Positions 1 through 13,766 of a stretch of 64,000 nucleotides of DNA are shown piece by piece. This DNA comes from Octopus vulgaris (taxonomy: Eukaryota): the NCBI GenBank assembly GCA_951406725.2, contig OX597815.1:147188001-147252000 (forward strand). Reading direction: 5' to 3'. Positions within the stretch are counted from its first letter, which is position 1. Every line of letters begins with the position of its first letter. The position numbers and the translations under genes are program-made. Under the pieces are notes generated by a model, which was not told where the DNA came from, did not search any database, and worked only from the letters and a program-made list of their open reading frames with translations.

Positions 1-426
1 TCAGTTACATTATAGACGAGATTGCGAAAAGTCATACCAGATAACTTCATCAGCACAAAATCTGGGAATATTCATATTAAAGATTCCCAACACCTGCATA
101 CACATCATTTACAATATGTTGGAGGTGGACGGGACTTCTGCCAAGCTGAATTCTTTCCACAGAATAATCTTACTTCTACTCTGTTGTAATCTATCTATAA
201 ATTTGTTTTGGTAAGTATTGACGTATAAATTTATAAAAGCGTTCATTAGAAAACTTTCCTTATTTCTCTAACGATAAGTAATTTACGTTTATATTTTCGT
301 TTTCCAAGATTCTTGATGTGAATTCGTATGTTGAAACCAATATTGTTGTATTTGGGGGCGGTCATGCTGCCAGTTTAGACAACGTAGACACACGCACTGT
401 TTCAGCTTTATTTCATATTTATTGTA

Positions 427-469
427 TTTCGGCCGGAGTTCTTTCGCCGCATTTCTGTGATCTCATCAG
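427..469 (-). ncRNA. Degenerate hammerhead-like core downstream of the decayed PLE
   Basis: Minus strand reads CTGATGA-GATC...GGCC-GAAA. Stem II is partly broken and stems I/III are not evident. Confidence 0.35.
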
Positions 470-879
470 TGGTCCTTTGCTTTCTTCTTTCTTTTGTGTC
501 TTTCCTTCCTAACAATTTGCCATTTTGCATTCCTGTTGTTTTTGACTTTATTTGCGCATGCGTATATCCCTGTATATGTCTATATATAAGTGTGTGTGGT
601 GGGGTGTATGGTACTTGCATGATCAGTATCTCCTGTCTATTCACGTTCCATTAATTTACTTTTATTTGTTATATTCATTAGATTTTATCTACTTAAATTT
701 TCATTTCTTTCTTTTTTTTATTAATTTAATTTAATTTATTATATTTTGTTTATGTATATAATTATTTAATGCTATATATTTATCTGTCTATTATTGTATT
801 AGTTTCATATTATTATTAGTTTATGGGGATCGTATTCTGTCATAGGTTGTGGTGTGTGTGTGTGGGGGGTGATAGTGTT

Positions 880-3020
880 CCATTTTAGTTTTTCTATTTA
901 GTCTATGTTTTTTCTTTTATTATGTGTGTAGCTTCAGTAAATTTTCTTAGCGTTGTGTCCGTACTATGTGTGGACAAAATTTTAAATTCTGTTGTTGAGC
1001 CCTCATTCCAGCTCGGCACGTTGGTATAGAACAGCTGAGCTCTTCTCTTCCTTAAGTTCCCTCCAATGCTCATTTACACGTTCTTCTATGCTCCGTGCTG
1101 TCTTCCCTGCGTACTTTGTTGTCTTGTTCCTGCACCGTCCCTCTGTACATCTTATACTATAGACTACACTCCGAGCTTTATAGTTTGTTTGTGGGCTAAA
1201 TCTACATACAATACAGTTCTTATCAGTACAGGGGTTTCTATTAAAAGGGTAGGTTCTACCGATTAGCGATGTGATAGGGTTACCTGTCTTTTCTACAACC
1301 TTAACTCTTAGCCTAAGCTTGTCTAGGGCCCTTCTAAAGCGATACGCTGGTTCGCCTCTAGGGGTTGTTTCGACGAACATGACACTTTTTATTTGTGGGT
1401 ATTATAACATGAGTTGGACTTCTCTGTTTTCTTCTTAGTCCTTTCAATAGTATTTCAGGACTTGCTCCTATAAAATGAGCAAATCCCATTCCTATCATTA
1501 TGTATGTTGGCTTCAAATCTCCTCATGACTCTTTTATATACTGTAATCATTTCTCTATGACAGTATTCTGATAACTGCATGCGGTGAACGAAGTGTTGTA
1601 TGTGTCTATTTAACTCTGTAGGATCGCACATGTGCGACACATATCTCATTACTCTGATGAGGTCTGCCATCAATATATTGAATTTGCCATTGTTCCCGAA
1701 CCTAAGTTCCGGTGGATCAGGTATTTGGAGGCCATAGGTTTGGCATAGAGTGAATAGCGGATTTAGGTTTTACTATTCACTGTTTCCAGCCAGAGTTCTA
1801 TATCTGGTACTGGTAGTCTATGGTTAGCGTGCTTTGTAGTGTAGTCAATCGTCACCTTAATACTTTGGGGGATGGAATTAGCTATTTGCTGGATGCTCTC
1901 CATAGTATTAGTTTCTCTTTCTATTTCAAGGTTACTCTCTTGTGGGGGATTTCCTTTACCACTGTGTTAATATCATCGACATAACGAGAGTACATGTGCA
2001 TGAGCACGGAATTCTGTGCCAAGCGTTCTTTAAGCTTCGTGTCTCACCACACCATGAAACTTTTGGCCACATCACCGGGATGCTAACCTCGATGGTCCAA
2101 CCCACCTCATCCTGGACGTATATCTTGTTATTAAACTTAAACGTGCGGCCTTTTAGAGTAACACTTATACTAGCTTCTAGTGCATGTGCAATTATTTTCC
2201 TTACTTCATATTGGTTTTCGGGTGTCCGTATGGCTCTGATTCATCAGTTCCAACTCTCTATAAGGTTCTTCTTAGCCAGAGATGTAATTGTAGGAGGTCT
2301 ACCCCTTAAACGTCTACTAGGGCAGAAGCTTCTAAGGTCATATTTGTCTACATATTCATTGTCATATGTCAAGCTAAGTAAGAGGCCCAGTTCCTCTGTG
2401 TTGATACTGCGGAACTCTGCTTCGCTCTCGGTGATCATCTCCATGCAATTCTCTTCTGCAAAATCTATGTCGATGGAGGGGTATAGGGATACCACATCCA
2501 CGCTATCCACTATACATCTTGTCAGGTCGCAGGTGTTGTTACAGTAGTTGATCCTGTTGAGGTAATCTTCCGTGCTGTCACAAACATCTGGTGGTATCTG
2601 GATTATGGGGCGCATGATCATTGAGAGTAAATAGGAGATCGTCTCGTTGCTAGCGATATTCGCTCCGCAGGTTAGTCTGGTTGGTGATCCTGCCACTAGA
2701 TTGGTGGTTATTTTGTGGTCCTTGCGGAGTACATACAGCATCGGGATATCGTTGTTTCAGGCCTGGGAAAATGTTGGCCATGCGTTACTGAAGTTAAAGA
2801 ACAATTGTCCACATCATCATGTGGGTGTTGAGTCCTTTTCTCTCACTTTATGTGTCTGTAAAGTTGTTACTTTCATATTGGCGATGCGAGGTTGTATTGC
2901 CTGGATATAGTTTGGCAAGCTATCTATCGAAATCCTGTCGGACTTAGCTGTACGTAGGCATACCACCTCTCCTTTTCTCGTGCGCTGCATGAGCTTACGT
3001 AGGCCTCTCGTGGGTATGTT
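880..3020 (-). mobile_element. Decayed Penelope-like retroelement (RT + C-terminal GIY-YIG), Naiad-like by motif style
   Basis: Frameshifted pieces: LYVLRKDHK / DVVSLYPSID (ORF 2244-2741), RYVDD (~1971-1986), thumb region (1455-1673), and C-x4-C-x2-C...VVYSIRC...KYAGKTARSIEERVNEH (ORF 1003-1380). The clade assignment is inference. Confidence 0.85.
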
Positions 3021-3037
3021 TCCGAGTTGCTGAGAAT

Positions 3038-3185
<148 letters not shown>

Positions 3186-3194
3186 GTAATGGTT

Positions 3195-3390
3195 TCAGAT
3201 TTTAGCACACGACCACTAAATTGACGTTATGGTGTAAGGCAGTTAAATCGACCCCATTGCACCACTGATACTTATCTTATCAATTCTGATGAATGAACAG
3301 CAATGTCGACTCCAGTGGAATTTCAAGGGAGAGTGTAACAATGGAAAAATGCTACTAGACATTTTCTCCGGCGCGCTATCGATTCTACCA
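3195..3390 (-). mobile_element. tRNA-derived SINE family A (Meta-domain-like), degenerate copy
   Basis: Shares ATCGACCCC..TACTTAT..TCGAC..GGAATTT..CATTTT with the better copies at 20370-20770 and 41030-41400. Confidence 0.6.
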
Positions 3391-3398
3391 TCTCATAT

Positions 3399-4164
<766 letters not shown>

Positions 4165-4166
4165 AA

Positions 4167-4722
4167 TGCCCTGATGCAATACCAGGCAGTGGCTGTCATG
4201 GCTTCTGATCTTAAATGATTGGAAGTGTTTTCATGTACATTGTTTTGCCTTGGTATAAAAGATGGGCTACAGCAAATATTCTGCTCAATACCACAGATTT
4301 GCTTGTCAGTTGTTTGACCTTAACCAGTTGAGCATGTCCCTTAGTGGCTGACGATATGTGCATCTCTGATCACGAGCAGAAGTAGTGGGGGAGCATCATA
4401 GCCATGTGTTGAGAGGGATTCTTTGGGGATTGAATAGTTCACCTCTGGAAACATAGGTGGTTCTTTCAACATCCTTAAACAACCCTTATTCAGGGACCGT
4501 TTGAGCGGGATGGGCTACTCAACCTGAAGAAAATTCTAACTGGGCCCCACCTGCAAGGTCATGTGCTGTTTATCTTGATATGAGATCACCATGTCGCGCA
4601 CATATGGTTGTGATGAATGTGCCTGGTGTACCTTTATCAGATGGGTAGTCATGATGGGTATATTGGGCTTCGTATATTTTACCCCAGTGTCACTTTGATG
4701 GCATGAACTGCTCTCTCACTCA
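4167..4722 (+). mobile_element. ~556-bp non-coding interspersed element embedded in (TAA)n (family C), full copy
   Basis: Near-identical 5' part at 5605-5816 and a diverged reverse copy at ~46617-47120. TG...CA ends, TAA arrays on both sides. Strand is nominal. Confidence 0.8.
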
Positions 4723-5580
<858 letters not shown>

Positions 5581-5604
5581 TGATAATATAATAATAATAA
5601 TGAA

Positions 5605-5816
5605 TGCCCTGATGCAGTATCAGGCAGTGGCTCTCATGGCTGCTGATCTTAACTGATTGGAAATGTTATCATGTACATTGTTTTGTCCTGGTATAAAAGA
5701 TGGGCTACAGCAAATATTCTGCTCAATATCACATATTTGCTTGTCAGTTGTTTGACCTTAACCACTTGATCATGTCCCTTAGTAGTTGACAATATGTGCA
5801 TCTCTGATCACTAGCA
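5605..5816 (+). mobile_element. Family C element, 5' ~210 bp only
   Basis: Starts at the same nucleotide (TGCCCTGATGCA) as the 4167 copy. Confidence 0.8.
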
Positions 5817-5819
5817 GTA

Positions 5820-5985
5820 ATCTAGTCGATCACATCGGCTCCAGTAACCAACTGGTGATTGTTTTACCGACGCCGACAAGATGAAGGTGTAAGTCGACTT
5901 CTGCGGAAATTGAACTCAAAACGTAAAGACGGACGAAATGCTGTTAAATATTTTATCCCGCGTGATAACCTTCCTAATAGATTAC
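5820..5985 (-). mobile_element. SINE family A copy
   Basis: GTCGATCACATCG..GGATGAAGG..GTCGAC..TGAACTCAAAACGTAAAGACGGACGAAATG. Confidence 0.7.
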
Positions 5986-6044
5986 TGCCTTTAAAATGAT
6001 AGCATTTACAACGATGGTGTTAATGTTGACGTTGCAGCTGTTGC

Positions 6045-6201
6045 TTCTTCTTCTCTTCTTCTTCTTCTTCTTCTTCTTCTTCTTCTTCTTCTTCTTCTTC
6101 TTCTTCTTCTTCTTCTTCTTCTTCTTCTTCTTCTTCTTCTTCTTCTTCTTCTTCTTCTTCTTCTTCTTCTTCTTCTTCTTCTTCTTCTTCTTCTTCTTCT
6201 T
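6045..6201. repeat. (CTT)n microsatellite
   Basis: Direct reading. Confidence 0.95.
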
Positions 6202-6479
6202 CCAATCAGGACTCACACCATTATCCACAAAGAATAATCTCTAATTCGAGCCTCTTCTAAGCTAATAAGAATGCGTGTAGCAATTTGAAGATTCACTCAC
6301 CACACGCGATAGAATGGCGGATGTACCTGCGCGAAAGCTACGTTTTTATCCTCATTCCGTAAACGGTAGCTTTTAACGGCTGGAGAGCTTAACCATCCTG
6401 GGGCACAGAGAATTCACAATCTAGACTAGGATCTGAAAGTTTACCAAACAATAACGTGTAACACCATGATTCCATTGCT

Positions 6480-6677
6480 TTGTGGCAGAAATAGGAAGGA
6501 AGAGTGAGAGAAAGTTGTGGTGAAAGAATACAGCGGAGTTTCCCTCCCCCGCTGGAGCCTCGGGGAGCTTAGGTGTTTTTGCTCAATAAACACTCACAAT
6601 GCTCGGTCTGGGAATCGAAACCGCGTTCTTACAACCGCGAGTCCGCTGCCGTAACCACTGGACCATTGCACCTCCAC
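6480..6677 (-). mobile_element. tRNA-derived SINE (third family)
   Basis: Minus strand has A-box-like TGGTCCAGTGG and B-box-like GGTTTCGATTCC. Confidence 0.65.
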
Positions 6678-9369
6678 TGCTTCTGTTGCTCCTAGTGTTT
6701 TCAGAATAAATATAACATTACCCCAGGTACAATGAATATTGTTGTAAAATAAGCATCAGAATAATTAGAAAACACATGAACTCTGGCGTGACAGGTATGA
6801 GAATAATATTTGAATATAGAGTCAAGGAAAGTGTAAATTATATAGAATGCGATTGGTAAATAACAAGTTGATTTTATAGTTAAAATAAATCTTACGATAC
6901 GATATCAAAAGTAGAATAATTGTAAAAAGAATACCAGATGCTTAATGTTCACTAATAGAAAATTTTTAGAAATAAGTTCTAAAAAAAGTGTAATTACGTT
7001 TGTAAAAGAAGAAGAATATTGTGTTCGCGAATACGTTACAAACCAGAATATTTAGATTTCAAAAAATGTTTATAGTTTGAGACACATTGTCTAGATTATA
7101 CATATTTCTTAAGTAAGTTGTGGAAATTGGAAAAGTCAGTAAAATATTTCAATAAATTTTGTACTGGCTTTTATTTTTCCTTTGAAAATATTCTTTTGCA
7201 AGTGACAAATTCATGCTTGTGTAAATAATGTGACCTGACAGTTATCAAAGTGGAATAGAACATAAAGTTTGAAGCATTTTTCTTTAAGAATAAACGGAAA
7301 AGACAAGCAATAATAAATGCAAGACAAATACATCACACGATGAAGTCAACTTTCTGGTGTGAGTGACTTTTGAATTAGAATGAATAAACAAGAGAATATA
7401 ATGTACAACCTTAAATTTCATACGCCTTTCATTCAAATAGAACATCTCTTCTTTAGTAATTACGTGACATTTTAACATGACGTCTGAACGAAAATATAAA
7501 TGTATAATAAAAATAAAATCATCAAACATCAGCAACTTCAACATTAACAATAAGCAGAATGGCAATATTAATAATGAGATGAAGATATTAAGAGTGGTCG
7601 TCGTTGAAGGAGAAAATAAAAATGGAAATGAATAAAGAAAAATGAACAAAGAATTTGACAAGAAATATAAAAAGAAAGATGCACATACAATCCTGAATTT
7701 CAATATATACATGCAATCCAGGGCATATATACACATACACATAAATACAAACACACATTGCACAAACACATATACACGCATACATCCACATACTCATTTG
7801 CATGTATATACGTATGAGTGTGTGTGTGTCTGCGTGTGCGAACGTGCCTGTGTGTTTCTATGTGTGGATGTGTGTTTGTGCTCGGGCTCTGCAAGGAATT
7901 GTTTAACCAAATCGTGTTTTTTATGCCAATGCTATTAGGAAGAGAGGAGAGGAATATTTTTGTTTGTTCTTGCTCGTGGAATAAACGTATAACTGATATG
8001 ATAGAATTTATTGGCAGGAGACAAAATGTAACAAATTCTTATCGTATACAGCTGAACAAAATTGACAAATAAAATAGCATAAATAAAATTGTCGCTTCCA
8101 ATATATATAATTTAAAAAAATGAAATCCAAACGAAAATGTTTGAATTTGTCACATTCTTAGAATCTGTTAATAGATCTCTTTTTCTTTATTTCAATATTC
8201 ACAGCCATATTTCTGTGCTCAAGTGTTATAGTCTTACTATATTAAAACACAACTCTATCTACGAATGTAGCATAATAAACGATGTACGAGGTTTAGGTTG
8301 GTTACATGTAAAGATTTTCAGCATAGGCAATACGAATGACTTTGGAATAACATATTTGGAAAATATGTTAATGTTTCTTTTACTGGAAGATTTTGGTGTT
8401 TTCCAAAATATAACTAAAGTCATTTGGTGAAGATTGACCAACATTTTCTCATCCTCAAATACATATGTCTACGTATAAACCTTCGTACGTGTCTTTGTCG
8501 TTATCTATTTTTCACCATATAAATATACAAACATATGCATACATATATTTGTTTTCATTTCAGGAATACATTTTCTACCACTTCTGCTTTAGTTCATAAG
8601 ATTTTGTCGTATAATCATTGAATTCAGCTGTGTGGTGGCATCATACATAGAGACAATCAGTAGAAACAATTATTACATGCAAAGATAAAAGCGGAAAAGT
8701 TAAGAAAATTTTGAGAATTTGGAAGAGATGCTTAAAACACTACAATCATCTGGGAGAATAGCGTATAAACACAAGATTAGTAAATATTTTCTGTATTTCT
8801 GTGAAAGATAATGCGTTTCTATGCGTATTTCCGTGTCATATTATACATAAATTCAATATTTTACTCTATATTGCTATGTACAAAATAATTTTACTATGCA
8901 CCCTTAAATCGAATTTATGCTCATGCACTAAGAAAATGCTTCCTCTCTTGTATCAATAAACATTTTCTGAAAATCCAGACAAATATGACATCAGAGTACA
9001 CACAATTTTCATAAATGTTGGTTGTACAAGATTCATAAATGGAGCGTGCAAGGAAGAACAACGATGACTAGGATAAAAGCCAATTGGCTCGGAATGCAAA
9101 TATAAATATATAGTGATCTGGCCACAAAAATACATTTCGTAAACAGTAGAAGGCCCAATGAGAGTATGCCTCTAGAAAGTAGACAAGTAATCCAAAACAT
9201 TTATTTTAACATTGATATTAACAAAGCCATACCGACACATAAGTGGTATGAAAGAAAACAATTACAACTTTGGATCAGCTACAGAGAAGAGAGAGCCAAA
9301 CACCTTGATACACCTACTGATTGCATATTATGGTTCATGGAAACATGAAACATATTCGCGACTATGAAT

Positions 9370-9839
9370 AACCATATGCATAGAATATAACTTCCAAATT
9401 TTATAAAGATCCATTCACTACTGTTGAACCTAGTTTTGGACCATAAAAAATGAATACAATTTGAGAGTTAAAGCCCACATTAGGAGATCTTTGAATCCTC
9501 ATGAGAAGCAGGAACTTTGGAAATACTTCTTGGAGTGTGTCAATAACCTATAGTTTAAATTTCATCAAGATCGGAAATTGATGAATTCTCATGGGGTTTC
9601 TGCCCACTTTAAGCCACCTCAAACCAAACATACTGCATTATACCCGCCCTTATGCATTGAATTTAAGTTCCAAATATGATAAGTATCCATTCAGTAATTA
9701 TGGTACGCCAAACTGTATGAAATATACGGTATTACTCTTCTCCCTAGGCTTCGATTTTGCGTTTCAAATTTCATTAGGGTCGCTGCAATTTTTTTTAGTC
9801 TATAAGTAACACACGAACACGCATAATGACATTGGCATT

Positions 9840-9850
<11 letters not shown>
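9370..9850 (-). mobile_element. Non-autonomous Helitron-like repeat fragment
   Basis: Recurrent AAATTTCATCAAGATCGG-type motifs, similarity to 36450-36560, ends in GACATT...TTTATATA like 40810-40839. Confidence 0.4.
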
Positions 9851-9881
<31 letters not shown>

Positions 9882-9940
9882 ATGTATATATATACATATA
9901 TATGCACATATACATACATGTGTAAATATGTATTATATAT

Positions 9941-9988
<48 letters not shown>

Positions 9989-10099
9989 GTGTGTGTGTGT
10001 ACGCAGAAAGATAGAGTAGTAAATACAATTGAGTGGGCAAACAAAAAAATATGAGACACTGCTTTGAAAAAGTTTTTGTCAAATGAATCGACCCCAACG

Positions 10100-10600
10100 C
10101 ATTTTTTTATTTTGATAAGCCTGGTACTTATTCTATCCGTCTCTTCTTGTCAAACCAGTAAGTTAAGGGGAAGTAAATAAACCAACACCAGTTCTCAAGC
10201 AGTGATGAGAGAAGAGCACAGACAGAAACACACACCGCGTGTGTATCGATGGAGATTTTTTTCTTCCGCCTTCCCTTTTCTGGATCTTTCCTTTTCCTAT
10301 ATTTCTGATGAAGAGCTCCGCTCGAAACGTAAAACCCTCCTTTTTCCCTTCCTTCCTGAGCGTCCAATAATACTATATTTGTTCCACGTCCTCGCGTTGT
10401 TGTGTTTTCTCTTGGTGTTTTCATGCTTGGATTAACTATATATATACAACGTCTTTCTTTTAGTTTCTGTCTACCAAATCCACTCACAAGTGTTTGGTTG
10501 GTCTGAGACTGTAACAGAGAACACATGCCAAGTTACCACAGCATGGTACTGACCCTAGGATCATGTGCTTTGGAACCAGTTTCTTACTACAAAACAACAC
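10100..10600 (-). mobile_element. tRNA/CORE-like composite SINE family B, interrupted by an HHR-bearing insert
   Basis: Matches 30436-30878 and 33458-33836 (TACTTATTCTATC, GTCTACCAAATCCACTCACAAG, TGCCAAG..CCAC). Confidence 0.7.
10302..10334 (+). ncRNA. Minimal type I hammerhead ribozyme, canonical core
   Basis: TTT-CTGATGA-A-GAGC-TCC-GCTC-GAAA-CG-T-A-AAA: intact core, 4-bp stem II, palindromic ACGT in place of stem III. Confidence 0.75.
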
Positions 10601-11316
10601 TTATATATATATATATATATATATATATGTAGGTCCGGGGGTTGATTCGGGGTTAACCACAGTAAATAAGGTACTCAATACATAGCAGAGTAAAATTAAT
10701 TTATTATGATGATTTCTCTTGAATGAAACAGTTCTAGTCCTGTAGAAGCTCCTTCTATATAATAAATTATATATATATATATATAATTAGCATACATAAT
10801 ACCAAAAACAAGACAGAAAACATAACGAAACCAAGTAAAGTACCACAACCAAAACGCAAAATTCATCAAGCAAACATCAACAGGAATATAAATCATAACC
10901 AGAAAAAAATCCATTTTTTTTACGTCAGGACAACAAACACCGGAGAAAGAAAAAATCCAAGAGGAAACATACCCCAAACAACTGAACGTATAGATCCTAA
11001 AATAATTAATTTATCAAAAAGAGATCTTGACAATGATGAAATCCAACTTCTGTCAAAAGGACTGAAATTCACACCTACACCAACAGCCAACCACCAAGAA
11101 TTAAAGGAGGATATCCAAAAATTCTGTCGAAAATTACGACTTGTAGAATTCTTCGCTAACAAAAGTAATGAGATTGATGAATCCCTAGTAAGGAATAAAT
11201 CAAATTTCACCCCACCAAAAGGAAGAAATAACTACCTTGACCAATACATTGATATCCTGTCTAAATTTCCCCTTAGACGCAATACCAATGTTAGGCCAAA
11301 CATTAGCAAATCAGAG

Positions 11317-13227
11317 ATGTCTGCATGTAAACGTATACAAAACGATCAAACAATAATAATTAAACAAGCAGATAAAGGTGGTGCAATTGTTATTATGGAT
11401 ACCGAATACTATAAGGATTTGGTTGAAGACCAACTGAAGGATACAACCTTCTATTGTGAAATACCCGCAAATATAGACCACCACATCATGAAAAAGATCA
11501 ACAACCTGATTTCAACACACCACAACTCACTTACGGATAATGAAAAAGACTACATCACCAATTTTGAACCAAAACCCAGCAACTTCTACGGCTTACCAAA
11601 AATACACAAATCAAAAAACATTCAACAGGCAGTAAAAGAACAAGAAAGTGAGTACATAAAATTATTACATCCAAAAGACCTAAAACTTAGACCTATTATA
11701 GCTGGTCCAGCATGCCCTACACACCGTCTAAGCAATTTTATTGACATTGTTTTGAAACCACTATGTACTTACATACCAAGTTTCATCAGGGATGACATCG
11801 ACTTCCTGTCCCATCTTCCCAAAACAACAGAAACAAATTCAGTTTTACTAAGTTTTGATGTGGTAAGCCTCTACACCAATATTCCACACGATTTAGGAAT
11901 AAAGGCGATTAAATACTGGTTAGAAAAACATAGAGAAGTGATTCCCAGCAGATTCACAGTGCCATTTATATTAGACACAGTCAAACTTATTCTAGAAAAT
12001 AACACATTCTTCTTCAATGGAAAGAATTACATCCAAATTAGAGGCACGGCGATGGGAACGAGGTTTGCTCCCGTTTACGCCAACTCTGTAATGGGATACT
12101 TAGAAGAACAACTCTACCAAGAGGTGGAGGTAAACTATGGCACTGGATTTAGAAAGTATATTGAAAAGGCATGGAAGAGATACCTAGACGACTGTTTCAT
12201 AATCTGGACAGAATCTCTAAATACTCTGGAAGAGTTCAATATCCTCCTGAACAACCTACACCCATCTCTCAAATTTACAAAGGAGATGAGTAGTACCAAA
12301 TTACCATTCCTGGATATAATGGTAATTAAAAAAGACACCACCATCACCACAGATATATACTATAAACACACAGACACACATCAATACCTAAATTTTAAGT
12401 CGTGCCATCCACCACATACAAAACGTAACATCCCATACTGCCTAGCCAGAAGAATTTGTACTATTGTAGAAGATGCAAATATCAGGAACAAACGCCTAAT
12501 AGAACTAAGAGAATTTTTGCTCAAACAAAAATACCCATCTCTACTTATAGAAAATGGCATACAGCGGGCTATAAAAATACCTATACAACAACTTAGGACA
12601 ACCCAAGGAAGAGGAAAACAAGAACAAGTCATACCATTCATAGTGACACACAACCCATGTCACCAGAATATCTTCAACATTGCCAAAGCAAACCTACCAA
12701 TCATTGCCCAAAGTAATGAATTAAAAGACATAATCAAGGATCGAGCTATGGTGCTTAGTAAAAGACAGCCTAAAAACTTGAAAACATTACTAACAAAGGC
12801 AAAATTTGACCTCAGCAACAAAGACCAAACATTCACGGTATCTAAATGCAATGATAGCCGATGTGGCACATGCCAATTCATACATACCGGTCAATATATA
12901 AACACAAAAACCGGGAAAATATTCACAAACGCGAATATGAACTGCAAAAGCAGAAATTTAATTTACTGCATCAAATGCCCAAATTGTGAAGAAATATATG
13001 TAGGTCAGACGGGAAACGCACTATTAGAACGCTCACGTGTACACCGGCAACAGATTAGAGACCCAGAGGTCCGTCAGATACCTTTGAGTAACCACCTAGC
13101 AACATGTGGTCGGAAAATATATATAATATTTCCATTCTACAAATTACACAGCCCAAGTGAAATCGAGAGGAAAATCAGAGAAAAGAATTTTATTGATGAA
13201 TTCGAACCCAAGCTAAATAAGCAATAA
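11317..13227 (+). CDS. PLE reverse transcriptase + Cys linker + GIY-YIG endonuclease (Neptune-like)
   Basis: IKQADKGG, FYGLPKIHK, RPII, FDVVSLYTNI, GTAMG, RYLDD, LPFLD, IYYKHT, SCHP, CNDSRCGTC linker, LIYCIKC..IYVGQT; no internal stops. Confidence 0.92.
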   Translation: MSACKRIQNDQTIIIKQADKGGAIVIMDTEYYKDLVEDQLKDTTFYCEIPANIDHHIMKKINNLISTHHNSLTDNEKDYITNFEPKPSNFYGLPKIHKSKNIQQAVKEQESEYIKLLHPKDLKLRPIIAGPACPTHRLSNFIDIVLKPLCTYIPSFIRDDIDFLSHLPKTTETNSVLLSFDVVSLYTNIPHDLGIKAIKYWLEKHREVIPSRFTVPFILDTVKLILENNTFFFNGKNYIQIRGTAMGTRFAPVYANSVMGYLEEQLYQEVEVNYGTGFRKYIEKAWKRYLDDCFIIWTESLNTLEEFNILLNNLHPSLKFTKEMSSTKLPFLDIMVIKKDTTITTDIYYKHTDTHQYLNFKSCHPPHTKRNIPYCLARRICTIVEDANIRNKRLIELREFLLKQKYPSLLIENGIQRAIKIPIQQLRTTQGRGKQEQVIPFIVTHNPCHQNIFNIAKANLPIIAQSNELKDIIKDRAMVLSKRQPKNLKTLLTKAKFDLSNKDQTFTVSKCNDSRCGTCQFIHTGQYINTKTGKIFTNANMNCKSRNLIYCIKCPNCEEIYVGQTGNALLERSRVHRQQIRDPEVRQIPLSNHLATCGRKIYIIFPFYKLHSPSEIERKIREKNFIDEFEPKLNKQ

Positions 13228-13544
13228 TAATAATACTTAGAGGTATTACTTCCACTGCTACGACCATGACCACTAACAACAACAACAATACTAAAGGTGA
13301 TCAAGACGAAGATAGCAGGAAAATTGTCTTATTTAGGGTTAAAAGTTCTATTGCCACCACCATCACCACTAGCAACAATAATTAAGGTGCTGACAATGAT
13401 GATGATGACAATTGAAATATAAAAATATAAAAATCTCTGACAAAGGATATTTACAACATTTCTAAAAATAACCCAACAATTGCTGCTTCGGCCAGGGTCA
13501 AGATACAGGACTCTTGACCTGTCCAACAAAGCGTGATGCCTAAA

Positions 13545-13658
13545 CCAATCAGCTCAACCAACCAATCAGCTTAAGTAATTGAGTGATACTACACACTGAT
13601 TGGTCAGAATACAGTTTGCAAAACCTAGCACTCTGGAGCCTACCCAGCTGTATTTATA
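13545..13658 (+). promoter_or_regulatory. Putative pseudo-LTR Pol II promoter
   Basis: CCAAT at 13545 and 13562, ATTGG at 13599, TATTTATA at 13651. Confidence 0.45.
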
Positions 13659-13721
13659 GCACAGAATCACTCATCTTGCTACAGTCAAAAATTGTGAAGC
13701 ATGACTGTCAACACTACTACA

Positions 13722-13766
13722 TGAACCCGAAGATTGCAGAATTCAATGCATGAAAGTACTAGTTCA
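13722..13766 (+). ncRNA. Minimal type I hammerhead ribozyme with U4C core variant
   Basis: TGAAC-CCGAAGA-T-TGCA-GAATTCAA-TGCA-T-GAAA-GTAC-T-A-GTTCA: perfect 5-bp stem I, 4-bp stem II, palindromic AGTACT stem III; ~500 nt after the PLE stop. Confidence 0.75.

Noticed and set aside
20-60. Minus-strand CTGATGA-AGTTAT..ATGACT hairpin
   Set aside because: No GAAA or stem I/III follows, so it cannot be called an HHR.
1942-2547. 201-aa plus-strand ORF
   Set aside because: Antisense shadow of the PLE RT on the minus strand.
6590-6677. tRNA-like sequence
   Set aside because: It is a SINE head with A/B boxes; no complete cloverleaf.
10700-10745. ATGATGA-T-TTC..GAA-T-GAAA motif upstream of the intact PLE
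   Set aside because: Position 3 mismatch, only a 3-bp stem II and no stem I; not a copy of the 3' pseudo-LTR.
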